The notes under the pieces were generated by a model. That model was given only the letters and a program-made list of their open reading frames with translations. It did no database searches and had not been told where the DNA came from. From positions 66,543 through 130,542 of the forward strand of contig CAWKLT010000022.1 of the NCBI GenBank assembly GCA_963850555.1: a stretch of 64,000 nucleotides of DNA, read 5' to 3'. Every line of letters starts with the position of its first letter. Positions within the stretch are counted from its first letter, which is position 1. Positions 59,287 to 64,000 of the stretch are shown in pieces. Both the position numbers and the translations under genes were made by a program. The stretch is from an uncultured Chloroflexia bacterium. Its GTDB lineage: Bacteria; Chloroflexota; Limnocylindria; Limnocylindrales; CSP1-4.

Positions 59287-59929
59287 ATGAAGGACCGCAC
59301 CCGGCCCCGTCGCGTCCGTGCCTACATCGGCCTGGGCGCGAACGTCGGCGACGCCCCGGCGACCCTGGCATGGGCGGTCGATGCCCTCGCCAGCCTGCCG
59401 GGTGTGCGGCTGCGCGGCGTGTCGCCCCTGTACGTCACCGCACCGTGGGGCGTCACCGACCAGCCCGACTTCCACAATGCGGTCGTGGCCGTGGATGTCC
59501 CGGCCGGCCCCGATCCCGCGGCCGGCGCGATCGCGCTGCTCGGCGAGCTCAAGAAGCTGGAACGCCTCGCCGGACGCCGAGGGCCGCGGGCGTTGGGGTC
59601 CACGCGAGCTCGACCTCGACCTGCTGGTGTTCGGGCGGCACCGGATCGCGGTCGACCGGCCGCCGAACGCGCGCTCGATCGAAGCCGCAACCGACCCGGC
59701 CAAGGCTGCGCGCCGCCTCGAGGTCCCGCATCGCGACGCCGGGGAGCGGCTGTTCGTGCTGGCGCCGCTGGCCGACCTCGCGCCGCGGCTGGCCCCACCC
59801 GGCTGGGGCGAGACGGTCGAAACGCGCCGGCGACGCGTGGCGGCAACAGAGGCAGCGGACGCCGTTCGACGAATCGCCCGTTGGCGCACCGATCCTGGTG
59901 AGTGGGTCCGCGAGCCGGCCTCGGGCTGA
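59287..59929 (+). CDS. folK: 2-amino-4-hydroxy-6-hydroxymethyldihydropteridine diphosphokinase (one frame change)
   Basis: ATG 59287 in the frame of ORF 58249..59901 ('RAYIGLGANVGDAPATLAWAV...SPLYVTAPWGVTDQPDFHNAVVAV'). It continues in ORF 59318..59929 ('RWGPRELDLDLLVFG...VPHRDAGERLFVLAPLADL'). The frame switch is near 59575. Confidence 0.8.
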
Positions 59930-59990
59930 CCGCGTACGATCGGGTGAGCGGAACGAGGATGCGGGACGGCGCCGCGCACGAGGAGGATCC

Positions 59991-60981
59991 ATGACCACGA
60001 TCGGCTACGCGGCGATGCTCGAGCAGTTCCATCCGACCGAGCTGCTCGACTGGTGCGCCCAGGCCGAGGCCGCGGGCTTCGAGGCCGGGTTCATGGTCAG
60101 CGAGCACTTCCACCCGTGGACACCGCAGCAGGGCCAGAGCGCCTTCGCCTGGACCTTCATGGGCGCGCTCGGCGCACGCACGTCGCTGCGCTTCGGGACG
60201 GGTGTCACCTGTCCGACCTTCCGCTACCACCCCGCGGTCGTCGCCCAAGCCGCCGCCACCCTCGGAGCCATGTATCCGGACCGGTTCTGGCTCGGGCCTT
60301 GGCGCAGGCGAGGCCCTCAACGAGCACATCGTCGGTGGCAAATGGCCAGAAGTCGGCATCCGCTCAGCGATGATGTTCGAGGCGATCGAGATCATCAAGA
60401 AACTCTTCTCCGGCGAGGTGGTCCGTCACAAGGGCGCCCACTTCACCCTCGAGAGTGCAAAGCTCTACACCCTGCCCGAACGCCCGGTGCCGATCTATGT
60501 CGCGACGGCCGGCCCGCTCAACGCGAAGCGGACCGGACGGTTCGCCGACGGGATGATCACGGTCGGGGCGGCCGATGCGAAGCTCCAGGAGTTGTGGGAG
60601 AACCACGACCTAGGGGCGCGCGAGGGCGGCAAGGATCCCACGAACGCGCCGAAGATCCTGCAGCTGCACCTGAGCTGGGCGCACACGGACGAGGAAGCCA
60701 CCGAGATCGCCCTCAAGGAGTGGCCGAACGGCGGGATGGCCTTCCCCAAGCAGGACATCCGCAACCCCGAGGATTTTGCCGCGATGGCGAAGCTCGTCCG
60801 ACCGGAGCACTTCGTCAATCGGATGCTCATCAGCGCCGACCTTGACCGCCACACCGAGCACATCCAGCGATACGTGGACATGGGCTTCGACGAGATCCAT
60901 CTCCACAACGTCGGCCGCAACCAGGCCGAGTTCATCGATGTCTTCGGCAAGAACGTGATCCCGAACCTGCGCCTCGGCTGA
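59991..60981 (+). CDS. LLM-class F420-dependent oxidoreductase (G6PDH-related subfamily) (one frame change)
   Basis: ATG 59991 with upstream 'aggagga'. 'MTTIGYAAMLEQFHPTELLDWCAQAEAAGFEAGFMVSEHFHPW...MYPDRFWLG' is in the frame of ORF 59370. 'LGAGEALNEHIVGGKWPE...' continues in ORF 60202..60981. The frame switch is near 60295. Confidence 0.75.
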
Positions 60982-60990
60982 GCAGACGGG

Positions 60991-62259
60991 CTAGGTCGAG
61001 CTCGTCTCGGCGAGGGCCTGCGCGGCGCGCCAGGCGTCGTGGTAGGTGTTGTACAGCGGGACCGGCGCGAGCCGGATGATGTCGGGCTCGCGGAAGTCGG
61101 CGATGACGCCCGCGGCCTCCAGCGCCGCCAACCGGCGGGTCGCGTCCGGGACGCGCAGTGACAGCTGGGCCCCACGGGCCGCAGGGTCACGGGGCGTCAG
61201 GATCTCGGCGTCCGGCACGAGCGCGTCGATGAGACCCTCGAAGTAGGCGGTCAGCTCGACGGACTTCCGGCGCAGAGCGGGCATCCCGACCTCGTCGAAG
61301 ATCGCGAGCGACGCGCGGATGGGTGCCAGCGACAGGATGGGCGGCGTCGAGATCCGCCAGCCGTCGGCGCCGGGCGCCGGCTCGAACGTCTCGGCCATCT
61401 CGAATCGCGTCGCCGGGTCGTTGCCCCACCAGCCGGTCAGCCGCAGGGTGGCGTCGGACGCGTGCCGCTCGTGGACGAACACCTGGCCGATCGATCCCGG
61501 ACCGCCGTTGAGGTACTTGTACGTGCACCACGCCGCGCCGTCGACGTCCGCATCGTGCAAGGCGAGCGGGACGTTCCCGACGGCATGCGCCAGGTCCCAC
61601 AGCGCGACGGCGCCCGCATCGTGGACCGCCGCGGTGAGCCGCTCGATCTCGTGCACCTGGCCCGTGGCGTAGTTCACGCCGGCCAGGAGCGCCACGGCCA
61701 GGCGATCCCGGTGCTCGTGGATGGCCGCCTCGAGGTCCTCGGTGCGGAGCAGCGCCTCCCCGTCGCGCGGACGGACGACGATGAGATCGCGTGCCGGGTC
61801 CAGGCCGTGCAGCCGGAGCTGCGACTCGACGGCGTAGCGGTCGGACGGGAAGGTCGGGGCGTCGATGAGGATGGCGGTCCGCTCACCGGCGGGCCGGAAG
61901 AACGTCGCGAACAGCAGGTGCAGGTTCACGGTCAGGGTGTTCATCGTCGCGATCTCGCCGGGACGTGCACCGACCAGCGTTGCCGTCGGTTCACGGATGG
62001 CGCCGTCGGCGTCGAGCCAGGCCCGCTTCGCGGCGAACCAGCCATCGACACCGAGGCGCGCCCACGCCTCCAGCTCGGCCTCCACCTCCGCCCGAGCCGA
62101 CGCCGGCTGTGCGCCCAGGGACTGCCCGGCCAGGTAGACCCTTGGTGTTCCGTCGGGACCCGTCGGCAGGAGGAACCGGTCGCGGTAGCCGGCCAGCGGA
62201 TCGGCCGCGTCGAGGCGTCGGGCGTGGTCCTCGCCGAGGTCGGTCGCCGCCGTGGTCAC
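60991..62259 (-). CDS. kynU: kynureninase
   Basis: ORF 60991..62259, intact. Contains 'YLAGQSLGAQP', 'NTLTVNLHLL', 'WDLAHAVGNVPLALHDADVDGAAWCTYKYLNGGPG'. Confidence 0.9.
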   Translation of the reverse strand: MTTAATDLGEDHARRLDAADPLAGYRDRFLLPTGPDGTPRVYLAGQSLGAQPASARAEVEAELEAWARLGVDGWFAAKRAWLDADGAIREPTATLVGARPGEIATMNTLTVNLHLLFATFFRPAGERTAILIDAPTFPSDRYAVESQLRLHGLDPARDLIVVRPRDGEALLRTEDLEAAIHEHRDRLAVALLAGVNYATGQVHEIERLTAAVHDAGAVALWDLAHAVGNVPLALHDADVDGAAWCTYKYLNGGPGSIGQVFVHERHASDATLRLTGWWGNDPATRFEMAETFEPAPGADGWRISTPPILSLAPIRASLAIFDEVGMPALRRKSVELTAYFEGLIDALVPDAEILTPRDPAARGAQLSLRVPDATRRLAALEAAGVIADFREPDIIRLAPVPLYNTYHDAWRAAQALAETSST

Positions 62260-63663
62260 CGAGGTGGGTCGGCCGGGATCGCGGGCTCGGTCGCGTGCCC
62301 GGCCGCTGGCCAGTCCCCAGCGCCGCCGCGCGCGACGAGCCGCACCTCGAGCCCGGCCGCATCGAGGAGGCTCGCGGCGATCCCCGCCCGCCGTCCGGAG
62401 CGACAGAAGACCGTGATCGGCGCGTCACGTGGGATGGAAGCCAGGTGGTCGGGCAGGTCGCCGAGCGGGATCTGGATCGCGCCGGGCACGACGCCGTCGT
62501 CGCGCCATTCGTGGGGGTCGCGGACGTCGAGCGCATAGGCATTCCGGCCGGCGATCGCGTCCCCGTGGAGCGCCTCGATCGTCGTCGTCGGATAGGCCTC
62601 GACACGAGCCCCGGCAGCGGCCCACGCCGCCAGCCCGCCGGCGAGCCCGCCCGCCACCCGGTCGTAGCCGATGCGGAACAACTGGACGGCCGCCTCCTCC
62701 AGCGCCTCCCCGAGCGGCTCCGGGAGCACCAGCGCCACGGTGGCCCCGAACGGCACGAACCACCCCACGTACGAGGCGAAACTCTCGGTCAGCTCGATGT
62801 TCGTCGACCCGGGCAGGTGGCCGGCCGCGAACTCGGCGCGCGGCCGACCGTCGACGACATGCGCACCCGCGGCGACGGCCGCCGCGAACGCCGCTGCGTC
62901 GAGCTGCGGCGGTACGGCCGGCCGGCCGAGCACCGGCGGCCCCGCCCGGTTGATCGGCGCCATCGAGTCGTAGTAGGTCGGGTAGGCACCGAGCCGTCCC
63001 AGCAGCGCGGCCCGGAAGGCTGCCTCGTCCGGTGCGGCGAGCAACGGGTTCATCCGCCGTTCCGAGCCGATCGTCGAGGTCCGGCTGCCATCGGTCGGAC
63101 CGGCCGAGCAGAAGCTGCCCGGTCCGTGCGTGGGCAGGACCGCCACGTCGTCCGGCAACGTCGCCAGCTCCCGCAGCGAGGCGAATTGGGCACGGGTCAG
63201 CTCGTCCGTCGCGTCGGCGCCCAGCAGGTCCGTCCGACCGGCGCTGCCCACGAGCAGGCTGCCTCCGGTCAGGACCGCCGACGGGCCGTCCGTGCCGTCC
63301 CGCCTGACCTCCCACGCAAGGTGCTCTCGTGTATGTCCCGGCGTCGCGCGGGCGACCAGCCGGAGGCCACCGACCTCGACGACGTCGCCTTCATCCGCAG
63401 GCGCGATGCTCGAAGGCGTAGCGACCGCGTGCCGGCGCCACGATCTCGGCGCGCCGGGCGGCCCGCAGCTCGAGCGCGCCCGACAGGTAGTCGTTGTGGA
63501 CGTGCGTCTCGACGACATGGGTCAGTCGCCATCCCCTGGCGTCAGCGACGGACGTGACCCGCCACGCGTCACGCGGCGGATCGACCACGATCGCCTCGCC
63601 GTCCGAGGCGAGCAGGTAGGTCGCGTTGCCCAGGCCCGGCGTGAGGACGATCTCGAGATCCAT
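62256..63663 (-). CDS. MBL-fold hydrolase (persulfide-dioxygenase-like) fused to two rhodanese domains (one frame change)
   Basis: N-terminus is in ORF 63391..63720 ('THVVETHVHNDYLSG'). The remainder is in ORF 62256..63518 ('ATPGHTREHLAW', 'LPTHGPGSFC', active rhodanese loop 'VFCRSGRRAG'). The frame switch is near 63405. Confidence 0.8.
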
Positions 63664-63667
63664 GGCG

Positions 63668-64000
63668 CTATCCGCCATGGTAGTCCGCCGTGTGGGCCGT
63701 GCTGGCTCCGCCGAGCCCACTCGCGCTGGCTCCCGCGGAACCGGCCACGACCGTGGAGAGCCCCAACGCCAGCAGGCCCATCACGATCCACATCGCCGCC
63801 CCGAGGAGGAATGGGCCGGCGCCGACCCCGATCATCGCCCGGACGTCGGTGGAGATCCCGACGCCGGCGAGCGCCACGAGGATCAGCACCGCCGCGGCCA
63901 CGGAGCACAGGTCGGCCACGGTGCCGCCGGTGGGGAGCGTGCCGTCGAGCAGCCCGGCCGTCCGCAGGCCCGCGAACACGACGAAGCCGATGACGAACCA
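63668..64000 (-). CDS. integral membrane protein, C-terminal fragment (5' end outside window)
   Basis: ORF 63668..63979 stays open to the window edge. Hydrophobic segments 'VAAAVLILVALAGVGI' and 'GPFLLGAAMWIVMGLLALGL'. Confidence 0.5.
   Translation of the reverse strand, partial: WFVIGFVVFAGLRTAGLLDGTLPTGGTVADLCSVAAAVLILVALAGVGISTDVRAMIGVGAGPFLLGAAMWIVMGLLALGLSTVVAGSAGASASGLGGASTAHTADYHGG

Noticed and set aside
1-64000. Programmed ribosomal frameshifting or transcriptional slippage as the explanation for the frame changes.
   Set aside because: The events occur in about twenty unrelated genes, in both +1 and -1 directions. I could not see a shared slippery heptamer or downstream structure, and they include genes (dnaA, yidC, nuoA/H/L/M) never known to need recoding. 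Indel error is the simpler explanation.
1-64000. Search for rRNA, tRNA, CRISPR repeats, IS/transposase, integrase, phage or toxin-antitoxin/defence genes.
   Set aside because: None was recognised. The intergenic gaps are short, and the largest is the oriC-type spacer. No regularly spaced direct repeats were seen. Every sizeable ORF with protein-like composition was assignable to housekeeping, envelope or respiratory functions.

Overview
This is 64 kb of a very GC-rich bacterial chromosome; third codon positions are almost all G/C. Gene content and order look like Actinomycetota: PI/PIM lipid genes, an F420-type oxidoreductase, and oriC between dnaA and dnaN.

Contents, in order:
- The replication-origin neighbourhood: jag-yidC-yidD-rnpA-rpmH on the minus strand, then dnaA-oriC-dnaN-recF-DUF721 on the plus strand.
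- An envelope glycosylation block: a GT2 polyprenyl-phosphate sugar synthase plus three GT-C/PMT-type membrane glycosyltransferases.
- A phosphatidylinositol/PIM operon: ArsR, pgsA, ino1, two acyltransferases, a PHP phosphoesterase and pimA.
- Assorted transporters and housekeeping genes.
- A complex I (nuo) operon of about 15 kb, preceded by a MidA/NDUFAF7-type methyltransferase.

The most unusual feature is the nuo operon. nuoE/F/G are not between nuoD and nuoH. Instead nuoI is split into two halves about 4 kb apart. A NuoE-like, NuoF-like and NuoG-like+GltD-like flavoprotein module is encoded inside the split, and each NuoI half is fused to a module protein.

A second, window-wide feature is frame disruption. 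About twenty genes (about thirty individual +/-1 frame changes), including dnaA, yidC and five nuo genes, cannot be read in a single frame. This looks like assembly indel error, or gene decay in two hot spots, rather than biology.

No rRNA, tRNA, CRISPR array, transposase or prophage gene was recognised. Coordinates were derived by counting codons from the supplied ORF track. Frameshift positions are approximate (+/- about 20 nt).
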